Assembly: GCA_963746535.1 (NCBI GenBank)
Contig: CAVVBP010000012.1
Location: 636,061-700,060 of the forward strand
Length of the DNA stretch: 64,000 nt
Reading direction: 5' to 3'
Source of the DNA: Vicinamibacterales bacterium
GTDB taxonomy: Bacteria; Acidobacteriota; Vicinamibacteria; Vicinamibacterales; JAMQPK01
The position numbers and the translations under genes were made by a program. The notes beneath the pieces are model-generated. The model made no database searches and had not been told where the DNA came from. It was given only the letters and a program-made list of their open reading frames with translations. Below are positions 30,838 through 41,392 of this stretch, in pieces (positions within the stretch are counted from its first letter, which is position 1; the number at the start of each line of letters is the position of its first letter).

Positions 30838-31512
30838 ATGCTGATCCCGGCGATTGATCTCAAGGGCGGCAAGGTCGTCCAGTTGATTCAGGGCGAGAAG
30901 CTGGCCATCGAAACAACCGACCTCGACTACTGGATCGAACGGTTTTCGAGCTTTCGACGAGTAAACGTCATCGATCTCGACGCGGCCATGGGCTCGGGCT
31001 CGAACGACGGGCTGGTGCGCGAGATCTGCAGACGGCTGCCCTGCCAGGTCGGCGGCGGCGTGCGATCGCCGGAACGCGCGATCGAGCTGTCGTCGATCGG
31101 GGCCAGGAAGGTCATCGTCGGCTCGGCGATGTTCAAGGACGGCCTGCCGGACACGGCGAGCGCCCAACGTTTCTCTGAGGCCGTCGGCGTGGAGCGCATC
31201 GTCGGGGCCGTCGACAGCAAGGGGGGCCGGGTCGTGACGCATGGCTGGAAATCGACGACGGGCACCACGGCCGCCGATGCCGTCCGCGCGCTCGAACCGT
31301 ATTGCGGCGAGTTCCTGTACACGCACGTGGACAAGGAAGGGTTGATGAAAGGCACCGACATCGCGGCCATCCGCACCGTGCGCGACGCCACGCGCCGGCC
31401 GCTCATCGCCGCGGGGGGCGTCACCACGCAGGCCGAGATTGACGAGCTCGATGCGCTCGGCATCGATGCGGTCGTCGGCATGGCGGTTTATACCGGAACC
31501 TTAAAGATCTAG
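30838..31512 (+). CDS. hisA: ProFAR isomerase
   Basis: MLIPAIDLKGGKVV, IDLDAA and QVGGGVR; last gene of the his operon. Confidence 0.9.
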   Translation: MLIPAIDLKGGKVVQLIQGEKLAIETTDLDYWIERFSSFRRVNVIDLDAAMGSGSNDGLVREICRRLPCQVGGGVRSPERAIELSSIGARKVIVGSAMFKDGLPDTASAQRFSEAVGVERIVGAVDSKGGRVVTHGWKSTTGTTAADAVRALEPYCGEFLYTHVDKEGLMKGTDIAAIRTVRDATRRPLIAAGGVTTQAEIDELDALGIDAVVGMAVYTGTLKI

Positions 31513-31523
31513 AATCTAACCCA

Positions 31524-32257
31524 ATGTCATCCGAGACACAGACGCGACGAGGGCCCGAGCCGCCGGACATCGCCGAGCGGGGCGGCATGAAGAACGGACA
31601 ACCGCAGCGGTCGGACGAACGGCTGTTCATGCAGCTGCTGGTGTATGGCGGCTGCCGCGACTCGCGGGCCGTCTCGAGCGCGCTGTCGAATGCCGGTGTC
31701 GAAGGCGCCGTCTACGAGGACGCCAACGACCCTCAGGGTGTCGCCATTCTGTCGTTGACGAAGGATCCGAACTTCTTTCTCGACACGATGCGGCCCCTTC
31801 TCAACAGCGGTCCGTTCGGATCCCTGACCGCCAAGCCGGAGTTCACGATGCTGGGGCGCACCTACGCGCTGGGCTACGAGCCTGACCTGGCCGAAGCCAT
31901 CCTGCACCGCCCGAGGCGCACGGTGCTGAACACGGACTGGCCCTGGGCCGTGTGGTATCCCCTGCGCCGGAACGGGCGGTTTGCCCAGCTGCCCCCGAGG
32001 AGCAGCGCGTCATCCTCGCCGAGCACGGCGCCATCGGCATGTCGTACGGCGCGGGCGACTACGCGCACGACATCCGTCTCGCCTGCCACGGCCTCGACAA
32101 GAGCGACAACGACTTCGTCATCGGCCTGCTCGGCAAAGCCCTCTTCCCCCTCTCGCACATCGTCCAGGCGATGCGGAAGACCCAGCAGACGTCGCTCTAC
32201 CTGGATCGGCTCGGTCCGTTCTTCGTCGGCCGCGCCGTCTGGCAATCGCCCCAATAG
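31524..32257 (+). CDS. Chlorite dismutase/coproheme decarboxylase (Cld/ChdC) family protein; frameshift about 31996
   Basis: WYPLRR, EHGAIG and IRLACHGLDKSDNDFVIGL. Confidence 0.78.
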
Positions 32258-32284
32258 AACTCGCACCATGCGCGCGGCGGCCCC

Positions 32285-32325
32285 ATTACGTTATAATCCG
32301 TAACGATTACGTAGATTGACGTAAT
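32285..32325 (+). promoter_or_regulatory. Tandem operator palindromes ATTACGT-N6-ACGTAAT over a TATAAT -10 and the start codon
   Basis: Imperfect copy at 32285-32304 (spacer is TATAAT); perfect copy at 32306-32325. Confidence 0.7.
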
Positions 32326-33469
32326 GGAAAATCCCTTCGTATACGGCGAGGTGGTGCCCGCAGCGGCGTTCGTCGACCGTCTCGACGAGCTCGATCGCCT
32401 CGTCCGCGACCTCGGCTCGGGCCAGAAGGTCTTTCTGATCTCGCCGAGGCGGTACGGCAAGTCGTCCCTCATCCACCAGGCGCTGCGCGCGGTGGCCCGG
32501 GGCGGCGCCCTGACCGCGGAGGTGACCGTCAGCAGCTACAGCTCCTACCTCGCGTTCCTGGAAGGCTACACGCGCTCGCTCCTGGCGATGCAGAGCGGCT
32601 GGGACAAGGCGCGGGCCTGGCTGAAAGACGCAATTGGCACCGCGAAACCCGAATTGCGCCTCGAAGCCGACTCCGCCGGCGTCATGGGCATCTCGGTGAA
32701 GTTTCCGAGCGTGCGGACCGATCGCGACATCTCGCGCCTTGCCGCCGACGTGTTCCTGCTGCCCGGACGCCTCAGCGAAGTCCGCAAGGCGCGCATTGTC
32801 GTCGCGCTCGACGAGTTCCAGGCCATCAACGGGTTCAACGGCGGCAGCGTCGAGCACGCCATGCGCGCCGCCGTGCAGCATCAGCGCAGCGTCGGGTACG
32901 TTTTCGCCGGTTCCGAGCCCAGCCTCATGGAACGGATGCTCGGCCCGAAGCGCCCGTTCTACAAAGCCGGTCCGGTGATGCGCCTCGAGAAGATCCCGGC
33001 GGATCTGTTCTCCGGTTTCATCGAATCGCGGTTTTCACGAACCGGCATCAAGCCCGAAGCGGGGCTCGGACACGCCATCGTGGATCTCGCGGGCAACATG
33101 CCCTACGACGTTCAGCGCCTGGCGCACGAGAGCTGGGACGATGCGCGCGCCGCGGGCAAGCGGCGGATCGGCGTGGAGGATCTCCACGCGACGCTCCATC
33201 GCCTGCTGGCCGAGCAGGAAACGATGTTCGAAGCCATGTGGCAGCGCCTCACGCTCCCCCAGCGCGCGACCCTCCGGGCCGTCGTGCTGGCCGACGGGCG
33301 CGAACTGCTCTCGGCCGACCTGCGCACCCGCTACAGGCTGGGTGGCGCGTCCACGGTGCAGGCGGCGCTGCAGGCCCTGGCGCGAGAGGACCTCGTCGCG
33401 CGTGAGAACGATCGTTATGTCGTCGTCGACTCGTTGATGCGGGAATGGATCGCGCGAAAGACCTTCTGA
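32324..33469 (+). CDS. STAND-like/archaeal-type ATPase with probable C-terminal winged helix
   Basis: NPFVYG, FVDR, Walker A SPRRYGKSS, Walker B VVALDEFQ and STVQAALQALAREDLV. Confidence 0.85.
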   Translation: MENPFVYGEVVPAAAFVDRLDELDRLVRDLGSGQKVFLISPRRYGKSSLIHQALRAVARGGALTAEVTVSSYSSYLAFLEGYTRSLLAMQSGWDKARAWLKDAIGTAKPELRLEADSAGVMGISVKFPSVRTDRDISRLAADVFLLPGRLSEVRKARIVVALDEFQAINGFNGGSVEHAMRAAVQHQRSVGYVFAGSEPSLMERMLGPKRPFYKAGPVMRLEKIPADLFSGFIESRFSRTGIKPEAGLGHAIVDLAGNMPYDVQRLAHESWDDARAAGKRRIGVEDLHATLHRLLAEQETMFEAMWQRLTLPQRATLRAVVLADGRELLSADLRTRYRLGGASTVQAALQALAREDLVARENDRYVVVDSLMREWIARKTF

Positions 33470-34750
33470 CACGGGTGGGGCTGCATCGCCCCGAGATTCG
33501 CGCGTGGGCGATGTACGACTGGGCCAACTCGGCGTTCGCCACCACCATCATCACCGCCATTTTCCCGGTGTATTTCACGTCGGTCGCCGGTGCAAATCTG
33601 CCCGCCGGCGAAGCCACCCGGCTGCTCGCGCGCACGACGACCATCGCGCTTGCGACCTCCGCGATTCTCGCGCCGTTTCTCGGGGCGCTGGCCGACTACG
33701 CGCCCATCAAGAAGCGCCTGCTCGGGCTGTTCACCGCGATTGGCTGCATCGCCGCGGGTTGCCTCGTGCTCGTGCATCGAAACGACTGGCTGCTGGCCGC
33801 CATCCTGTTCGGCATCGGCAACGTTGGATTTACCGCGAGCCTCACGCTCTACGACTCGTTCCTGCCCCACCTGGCGCGCGAAGACGAAATCGATCGCGTC
33901 TCGACGGCGGGTTTTGGCCTGGGATACCTCGGCGGCGGCCTGCTGCTCGCGCTGAACGTGGCCTGGATTCTCTCGCCCTCGACATTCGGCATCAGCGACG
34001 CGGGGCAGGCCTCGCGTCTGTCCTTCCTGAGCGTCGCGCTGTGGTGGGCGCTGTTTTCGATCCCGCTGTTCCGCCGCGTGCCCGAGCCGGCGGTCGTCGG
34101 CGCCGGAGCGCGCTCGACCGTCGCGCTCATGCGGGCCTCGCTCCTCGGACTGGTCCACACCCTTCGCGATCTTCGACGGTACCGGCAGGCGTTTCTGCTC
34201 CTCGTCGCCTTCGTCATCTACAGCGACGGCATCGGCACCATCATCAGACTGGCGACGAGCTACGGGACCGAGCTCGGCCTGAACCAGGGGGCGCTCATCA
34301 CGGCCATCCTGCTCGTGCAGTTCGTCGGCATTCCGTTCGCCTTCCTCTTCGGAATGCTCGCCGGCTCGCATCGGCGCGAAAACGTCGATCTTCATCGCGC
34401 TGGCGGTTTACACGCTGATTACGGTGGCGGGCTACTACATGAAGACCGAGCGCGACTTCTACCTGCTCGCACTCATGGTCGCCTCGGTGCAGGGCGGAAG
34501 CCAGGCGCTCAGCCGCTCTCTCTTTGCCAGCATGATTCCGAAAGAGCGGTCGTCGGAGTTCTTCGGGTTCTTCTCGATCTTCGAGAAGTTCGGCGCGATT
34601 GCCGGCCCGGCGGCGTTCGAAGTGGCCAGCCGCGCGACCGGCTCGAGCCGCAGCGCGATTCTCAGCGTGATGGTGTTCTTTATTGCAGGAGCCGCGGTGC
34701 TGACGCTAGTGGATGTGCGCGCAGGTCAAGAGGCTGTGAAGAATCGGTAG
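33445..34750 (+). CDS. MFS transporter, UMF1/Atg22-like; frameshift about 34365
   Basis: AWAMYDWANSAF, YDSFLP, GYLGG and GGSQALSRS. Confidence 0.88.
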
Positions 34751-34756
34751 AATTCT

Positions 34757-35347
34757 TTATTTCAGCATTGCCCTGACCCGCTGCGCCCATTGATCCTGCG
34801 CCCGAACGTTGGTGCCGTGACCCGTTTCCAGATCGTATTTGCTCTGCTCTTCCTGCAGCTCGCGATCGACCTCGATCACCATCGTCTGAATCGGCTCGGT
34901 GCCGCCGGGGTCGAGGCAGGCGTCCTTGAACTCCCCGAACCGCTTCCTGATCTTCCTGGCCGCCAGCTCCGCCAAATCGAAGTGCAGCTGCTCGTGATCG
35001 AGCAGCTGTCTGTCCAGTTGCATGACGTTGCGGCGCGCTTGCATCTGGGCCTGGCTCGCGGTCGTGCGCTCGCCGGCGTTCCCCCATATGTTCCCGTAGC
35101 TCGTCCGCCACCACGACTGCGACGGGTCGAATATCGCGTGCGCCGAGGCCACCAGCTCGCCGACGACGCATTCCCAGGAGGTTTCGATGTGCAGCCAGCT
35201 CAGCGAGGAGTTGCGAGCCTGCACCGGCACGCGTCCGCGGAAATCCTCCTTCATGAGCCTGCGCGTCGGCGACCACTCGAAACCACTTTGCGCATGCGCC
35301 AGAGGCGCGACCCAGAGGACGACGGCGAGGCACACGATGATCCTCAT
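34757..35347 (-). CDS. Secreted DUF922-like putative zinc peptidase
   Basis: Signal peptide; LLDHEQLHFDLAE (HExxH); YDLETGHG. Confidence 0.75.
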   Translation of the reverse strand: MRIIVCLAVVLWVAPLAHAQSGFEWSPTRRLMKEDFRGRVPVQARNSSLSWLHIETSWECVVGELVASAHAIFDPSQSWWRTSYGNIWGNAGERTTASQAQMQARRNVMQLDRQLLDHEQLHFDLAELAARKIRKRFGEFKDACLDPGGTEPIQTMVIEVDRELQEEQSKYDLETGHGTNVRAQDQWAQRVRAMLK

Positions 35348-35366
35348 TGCGATAGGATATCTGCAC

Positions 35367-36299
35367 ATGCCGTTCATACGCGACATCTTTGCTGCCGCGG
35401 GCAGCACACGGCGGCCCGTCATTTCATTCGAATTCTTCCCGACCAAGACACCCGAAGGCGAGCGCACGCTCCTGGAGAAGACGATCCCGGCCCTCGGACA
35501 GCTGAAACCGGATTTCTGCTCTGTAACCTACGGCGCCGGCGGCAGCACCCGCGAGAAGACGCTCACCATCGTCGATCGCATTCAGCGCGAGCAGGGGCTG
35601 ACCGCGATGGCGCACATGACGTGCGTCAATGCCACACGCGAAGAGACGTCGGCCGTGCTCGAGCGGGCGCGCGCGCTCGGCATCACCAATATCCTGGCGC
35701 TGCGGGGCGACCCTCCCGGCGGTGTGGGCGATTTTCAGAAGACCGAAGGTGGATTCGAGTACTCATGGGAGCTCGTCCGCTTCATCAAGGAAATGGGCGG
35801 CTTCTCCATCGGTGTGGCCGGTTTTCCCGAGGGGCACATCGCGCAAACGGAGGGGAAGCGTACAGACTGGCACCATCTGAAGCACAAGATCGATCAGGGC
35901 GCCGATTTCGTGATCACGCAGTTGTTCTTCAACAACCGCGACTACCTCGAGTTCCGGGATTATCTGACCTCGCTCGGCGTGACGGTGCCCCTCGTTCCGG
36001 GAATCATGCCGATTCTGAGCACGGCACAGATCAAGCGGCTCGTGGCCCTGTGCGGCGCCGACATTCCGCAGAAGCTCGCCAGCGAGCTCGACAAGCGGGG
36101 ATCGGATGACGAGGCGGCGGCGGAGTACGGCGTCGAGTACGCGACGCGCCAGTGCGAGGAACTGCTACGGGAAGGCGTGCCGGGCCTGCACTTCTACACG
36201 CTGAACAAGTCGAAATCGACGATCGCCGTCGTCAGAAACCTGGGCTTGACCCAGGAAGCGGCCCGCCCCGAGCGCAGTCGAGGGGCTATCGGCCAGTGA
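35367..36299 (+). CDS. metF: 5,10-methylenetetrahydrofolate reductase
   Basis: SFEFFP, SVTYGAGG, LALRGD, ITQLFF and HFYTLN. Confidence 0.95.
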   Translation: MPFIRDIFAAAGSTRRPVISFEFFPTKTPEGERTLLEKTIPALGQLKPDFCSVTYGAGGSTREKTLTIVDRIQREQGLTAMAHMTCVNATREETSAVLERARALGITNILALRGDPPGGVGDFQKTEGGFEYSWELVRFIKEMGGFSIGVAGFPEGHIAQTEGKRTDWHHLKHKIDQGADFVITQLFFNNRDYLEFRDYLTSLGVTVPLVPGIMPILSTAQIKRLVALCGADIPQKLASELDKRGSDDEAAAEYGVEYATRQCEELLREGVPGLHFYTLNKSKSTIAVVRNLGLTQEAARPERSRGAIGQ

Positions 36300-37539
36300 C
36301 GGTCGAAATCGCGACCGCGCGATAGCCGCCGCGCGCCTTGAAGTAGAACCAGACGCCCGTAAAAATCACGGCGAGAATCGCGCCGAGCAGCGCGACCATC
36401 TGCAGCGCGGCGCCAGGCCCGAACTGATCCATGCGCTCGCCCATCAGCGGCACCACGAGACCGACCGACAACATGCCCGCGCCCCCGAGCAGCGAGAGCA
36501 CCAGCGCGCCCCCGCGCGGAAACTGTTCGGCGGCGACGCCCAGCATCGTCGGCCAGAGGAAGGTCTTGCCGATGCCGAAGAGCGTGGCGGCCACAAACGC
36601 CACGAGCGCGTTCGAATTGCTGTCGAGGCCTCCGAGCCAGTAGAGACCGACCCCTGCCAACAGCGAACTGACGATGAGCGTCGTGAGCGGTGACTTGTGG
36701 CTGAGGCCGCTCGCCCACTGCCGGAGCGCAAACATCAGTCCCGCGGTGTAGACAAGGAACAGCACACCGCTGCCGGCGCCCGGGTTGAGCTGCGGCACGA
36801 GCTCGCCCATCACAGTGGGGAACCACTGATCGGGGCCCATCTCGGTGGCCGCCGTCATCCACATGCAGATGAACAGCACGATGAACAGCGGCCGCATGGC
36901 CTGGCTCCACATCTCGGCCGTGGAGACATTCGACGTCACCCGCTCCGTTTGCGGATACGAGAGCGAGAACGCCATGACCAGGTAGACGACGGCGGGAATC
37001 AGAATCAGGGACAGCCGAAGCTGCCAGCTCGCATTGAAGAGAGCCGACAGGGTCACCGCCGCCAGCCCGCCGACGATCAGCCCGCCGGGCCACCATGCGT
37101 GGACGGCGATGATCTTCTTGGTCTTTTCGGTGCTGTAGATGGTCGCGATCAACGGGTTGATGACGCCCTCGACAAGCCCGTGCGACAGCCCGAAGAGAAA
37201 GAACCCGACATAGAGCATCATCGTGCCCGGGTGATCGAGCAGCGACGCGATCGGCGCACTCGGCCGCGGCGCGAGGATGACGAGCGACACGCCGATGATA
37301 AAGCCCAGCGCCGAGAGCATGTGCAACGTGCGCATGCCGATGACGTCGACGAGATTGCCGCTGATGAAGATCGCGATCGTGAACGCCCAGAAGGCGGGAC
37401 TGAAGATCAATCCCATCTGCTCGTTGGTAATCGAGAACGCCGCGCTCATCGGGCCAGCCACGTCGCCGCGAATGGCAAACACCATCGCGGCGGTCCCGAT
37501 GGACAGACAGCTCGTGACGAACAGCTTCTCTTTGTTCAT
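36286..37539 (-). CDS. MFS transporter, probably sugar-related
   Basis: About 12 hydrophobic segments, GLVEGVINPL and WPTMLG; last gene of the sugar-acid operon. Confidence 0.85.
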   Translation of the reverse strand: MNKEKLFVTSCLSIGTAAMVFAIRGDVAGPMSAAFSITNEQMGLIFSPAFWAFTIAIFISGNLVDVIGMRTLHMLSALGFIIGVSLVILAPRPSAPIASLLDHPGTMMLYVGFFLFGLSHGLVEGVINPLIATIYSTEKTKKIIAVHAWWPGGLIVGGLAAVTLSALFNASWQLRLSLILIPAVVYLVMAFSLSYPQTERVTSNVSTAEMWSQAMRPLFIVLFICMWMTAATEMGPDQWFPTVMGELVPQLNPGAGSGVLFLVYTAGLMFALRQWASGLSHKSPLTTLIVSSLLAGVGLYWLGGLDSNSNALVAFVAATLFGIGKTFLWPTMLGVAAEQFPRGGALVLSLLGGAGMLSVGLVVPLMGERMDQFGPGAALQMVALLGAILAVIFTGVWFYFKARGGYRAVAISTVTGR

Positions 37540-37546
37540 AAGATGC

Positions 37547-37595
37547 GCCGGGTCCAAAGGACCCGGCCTACTGATGAGGGGCCCCGGCCTACTGA
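37547..37595 (-). repeat. GTAG REP plus partial second copy
   Basis: Reverse complement GTAG-GCCGGGTCC-TTT-GGACCCGGC at 37547-37571; cccggcctactga repeated at 37562 and 37583. Confidence 0.75.
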
Positions 37596-38539
37596 CCGCG
37601 TCCCCCGCGACCGCCGCGCGCCGGCATCGGCGGCGCAGTCACCACGTCGTATTTGCGATCGGCATCCTTGGCGACGCCCACAATCAGGAACTCGAGCGGC
37701 GTCGTCCCGGTGTTTTCAAACGACTTCCTGTCGTTCAGCTGAATCGGTACGGCATCGCCCGTCCGAATCTCGGCGCTTTCCGATCCGATCGTGACCTTAC
37801 CCTGCCCGCTCATCACGTAGTAGAACTCGCCCACCTCGGCCAGTGCTTGCGGACCGCTCGAGGTCCCCGGCGGCAGCAACAGATGGTCGACATACGACCA
37901 TGCGCTCAGGAACACGCTCGGCGCCAGCGCGCGCCGGTACTGCACCGTCCCCTTGCCGCCGTTCAGCGCATCGATCGGACGCAGCAGCGACTGATCCAGC
38001 CGCATCGTCATGAACACCGGAATCGGGTCGATCGGCACGCCGACGCGGCCATCGGTCAGGTCGAACGCGTCGTACACACCCTTGCGCGCCGACACGTTGA
38101 TGTTCATCCACTGCACGGGCTTGTCGGTGGCGTTGTAAATCGCGTGCATGCTGCCCATGCGCGTCGGCGCGCCCGCCGGGCCCTTGAGCGTTGAGGTGCG
38201 GCCGTTAATCGTGAACTGTGCTTCGCCGTCGAAGATGACGAACATCTCTTCGCACTGGTTGTGGAAGTGCGCGCCGATGCCGCTCTTCGGCTGGATGATG
38301 CCGCGGTGCAGGAAGTAGAGGTTGGTGTCGAGCGAGCTCGCGTTGAACAGGCCCATGTAGTTCAACTGACCCGGCCCGCCGTGCACGCTCGGCGAGTCGC
38401 GATACTTCGAGGGCTCGGTGTGCGCGATGCGCTCGGCGAGCGGCAGCTTCTGCGGACTGACGGGCGTCCCCTGCTGGGCGATCGAAATCGCGCCGGCGAC
38501 GGCCAACATCGATGCAAGCGTCAAGAATTGTTTTCTCAT
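37589..38539 (-). CDS. Secreted bicupin protein
   Basis: Signal peptide; HFHNQCEE...H cupin motif; second cupin EFYYVMSG. Confidence 0.82.
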   Translation of the reverse strand: MRKQFLTLASMLAVAGAISIAQQGTPVSPQKLPLAERIAHTEPSKYRDSPSVHGGPGQLNYMGLFNASSLDTNLYFLHRGIIQPKSGIGAHFHNQCEEMFVIFDGEAQFTINGRTSTLKGPAGAPTRMGSMHAIYNATDKPVQWMNINVSARKGVYDAFDLTDGRVGVPIDPIPVFMTMRLDQSLLRPIDALNGGKGTVQYRRALAPSVFLSAWSYVDHLLLPPGTSSGPQALAEVGEFYYVMSGQGKVTIGSESAEIRTGDAVPIQLNDRKSFENTGTTPLEFLIVGVAKDADRKYDVVTAPPMPARGGRGGRGQ

Positions 38540-38548
38540 AGCGTCCTT

Positions 38549-38857
38549 TCAAATCACATCGAACTGCAGAACCGTATACCCCGGAGCCGCGAATTTCTCC
38601 ATGGCGCCCCAGACCTCCTGATGGATCTCCGAGGCCACCCACTTCTGCCGGAGCTCTTCGCTTTCGTAGATGATCAAGAAACGATAGTTGATGCCGGGCG
38701 GGGCCGTGCCGACGGGCACGGCGACAATCTTCAACATCCGCACGTCGATGTAGCCGCGAAACTTCTGCGCGGCCGGCCTGAACACGGTCTGGAAATAACG
38801 CGTCATCTCCTGCTCTTTGGCAGGATCGATGCCGAGGTCCACGTGTACCTGAATCAT
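38549..38857 (-). CDS. Hypothetical protein, possible dimeric alpha-beta barrel (ABM-like)
   Basis: MIQVHVDL...YESEELRQKWVASEIHQ; ATGA overlap with the lactonase. Confidence 0.7.
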   Translation of the reverse strand: MIQVHVDLGIDPAKEQEMTRYFQTVFRPAAQKFRGYIDVRMLKIVAVPVGTAPPGINYRFLIIYESEELRQKWVASEIHQEVWGAMEKFAAPGYTVLQFDVI

Positions 38858-39777
38858 AGGTAAACCACCTTCTGGCCCATTACAGACGTGCGAACGCGAT
38901 AGAGACCGGTTTCTGCCGTGATGTACAGCGAGCGTCCGTCGTCGCCCCAGCCGCAATTGGCCGGATCCTCCGGCGGCACGATGCTGCCGAGGTGTTTGCC
39001 TTCCGGCGAAAGCACGAGCACCGCACTCGGCCCGGTCGCCCAGATATTGCCCTGCACGTCGATCTTCATGCCGTCGGGAACGCCGCCTTCCTTGAAACCC
39101 GACGAGTCGAAGAGCACGCGGCCGTTGCTGACGTTCCCGTCTGCCGCGACCTCGTACCTCATCCAGATGCGCTGGCGCTCGTCGGAATTGGACACATACA
39201 GCGTCTTCTCGTCTGGCGAAAACGCGATCCCGTTCGGCCGCGTGAGGTCGGTGATGATGACGTCGAGCTTTCCGTTCTGCAGCTTGAACACACCGTTGAA
39301 GGGCAGCTCCTTCGATGGATCGTCATCCTGCAGCGGCAGTCCATACGGCGGATCGGTGAAGTACAGGGTGCCGTCCGATCGAAAGACGATGTCGTTCGGG
39401 GCGTTCAGCTTCTTGCCCTGGAACTTGTCGACGAACGTGGTGACGGTCATGTCGCGGCTGATGCGCACGATGCGGCGGTTACCGTGCTGGCACAACAGCA
39501 CGTCGCCGTTCGGCGCGGCGGTCATGCCGTTGGGACCCACGAACCCGCCGGCAGGCAGGTGATGCCCGTCGTAGCCGCCCGGCCTCAGCAACTCCACGAC
39601 ACCGCCACCCGGCGACCACTGCCGCACGACATTGCCGACGATGTCGCTGAACCACAGGGCGCCGGACGGCCGCCACAGCGGGCCTTCGATGAATGTGAAC
39701 CCGCCGGCAACCTTTTCAACGCGCGCGTCGCCTGGGACGAGAGTGTCGAACGCAGGATCGAGCCGAGTGATGGTCAT
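38854..39777 (-). CDS. SMP-30/gluconolactonase family protein
   Basis: EGPLW, PNG, LNAPND, FTDPPYG and PDGMKID. Confidence 0.92.
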   Translation of the reverse strand: MTITRLDPAFDTLVPGDARVEKVAGGFTFIEGPLWRPSGALWFSDIVGNVVRQWSPGGGVVELLRPGGYDGHHLPAGGFVGPNGMTAAPNGDVLLCQHGNRRIVRISRDMTVTTFVDKFQGKKLNAPNDIVFRSDGTLYFTDPPYGLPLQDDDPSKELPFNGVFKLQNGKLDVIITDLTRPNGIAFSPDEKTLYVSNSDERQRIWMRYEVAADGNVSNGRVLFDSSGFKEGGVPDGMKIDVQGNIWATGPSAVLVLSPEGKHLGSIVPPEDPANCGWGDDGRSLYITAETGLYRVRTSVMGQKVVYL

Positions 39778-39810
39778 ATCAGAACGTGAAACTCTGTTTC
39801 AGATCGTGTT

Positions 39811-41389
39811 TCAGATGCAAGAGGCTTGCGTATACCGGCCGTCGATCAAGCGCCACATCAGCCCGTTGGGATTCTCGTTGCGCAGGCCGGGTGGCAAGCG
39901 GTGCTCTCGCACGTTGTCGTAGCAGCACAACATCCCGAATCGCCGCAACGATGCGGGAATCCCGACCGCCGTGAACCCCGGGTGACCGGTCGCCGGGAAC
40001 GGGCCGCCGTGATTCATGGCGGGACTCACGGCCACGCCCGTGGGCATCTTGTCGTTCAGCAGACGGCCGACCCGCTGGCGCAGGATCGGCGCGAGGCGCG
40101 CATACAGCACGTCGTCGCCGCCGCCGGTATCAGAGTAGATGCATCCTGTGAGGTTCCCCTCGAGGTGCATCAGCACCGCCTCGGCCTCAACGGCATCGCG
40201 GACGACGACGCACAAGGAGGTCGAGCCGAACGCTTCGGTCTGCAACTGCTCGGGATTGTTGAGAAAGTCCGCGCCGCTGACGCGAAGCAGGGTATTGGGA
40301 TACGCGCAATCCGCGGCCGGTTCGCGCTCGGCCGTCGCCAGCTGCGGCACCCGCGCCGCGAAGCGTCTTCACGCTGGCGACCAGTCCTTTGGCGACCGCT
40401 GATGACAAGAGCGCGGGCGTCGGCGCCGATTCGAGTGCCTGCTTCACTTCGTTGATGAACTGCTCGGCTCGCTCGCCGGCAAAGAGCACCACCAGGCCGG
40501 GACTGGTGCAGAATTGTCCGCCTCCCATGAGCGAGCTCGCGGCAAGTTCGCCCGCGACCTTGCTGCCGCGTTCGGCCAGAGCGCCCGGCAACACGACGAC
40601 CGGGTTGATGCTCGACATCTCCAAGTAGATCGGCTTGCCGGCACGATCGGCCGCCGCCTTCAGTGCCATGCCCGCTCCGCGGCTGCCGGTAAAAGCGCTT
40701 CCTCCAACCCGCTTGTCAGAAACCAGCCGCTCTCCAGACTTGTGGTCAATCTTGTAGATCAGCTGCACCGTGGCCGGCGGCAAGCCGCATTCCTTGACCG
40801 CGGCAAACGCTTCCTCGGCCAGCATCCGCGATGTGCCCGGGTGCAGCGGATGTCCCTTCGCAATCACCGGATTGCCCGCGGCAATCGCCGCCGCAAAGTC
40901 TCCACCCGCTGCGCCGTTGAACGCGAACGGGAAATTGTTCGGGCCGAATACGACGACGGGTCCGAGCGGCTCGAAGCAGGAGCGGATCTGATTCTTGGTG
41001 TCGATCGTCGGCAGCGCCCACGAACCTTCCAGTGCGGCGTCGGCCGCCTGCCGCAACTGGCTCGTCGTCCGGGGCAGCTCGACATCGGCCAGGCGTGGCG
41101 ATTTCGCCAGTGCCGTCTCGAGATGCGCCTGCTCCACGAGCGGGCCCTTGATGGCTTCGATGCGCTCGGCGAAACGCGCCAGGAAGCGGGCGATCGAATC
41201 CGGAGGCGTGCGACGAAGCTCGTCGGCCGCGCGTGCGGCCGCCTCGAGCGCGGCGTCGCAATCCTCCCAACCGCTCATCGGATAGGAATCCGGAAGCCGC
41301 TCGCCGGTAGCCGGGTTCACGGCATGAAAGCTCGACGCCGCCCGCGAGGCGCGCCATTGACCGTCAATCAATACAGGTTGTTCAGCCAT
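39811..41389 (-). CDS. Alpha-ketoglutaric semialdehyde dehydrogenase-like ALDH; frameshift about 40345
   Basis: ELPRTTSQL, FGPNNFPFAF, FTGS, EMSSINP, GQFCTSPG and PTGVAVSPAMNHGGPFPAT. Confidence 0.88.
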
Positions 41390-41392
41390 AAG

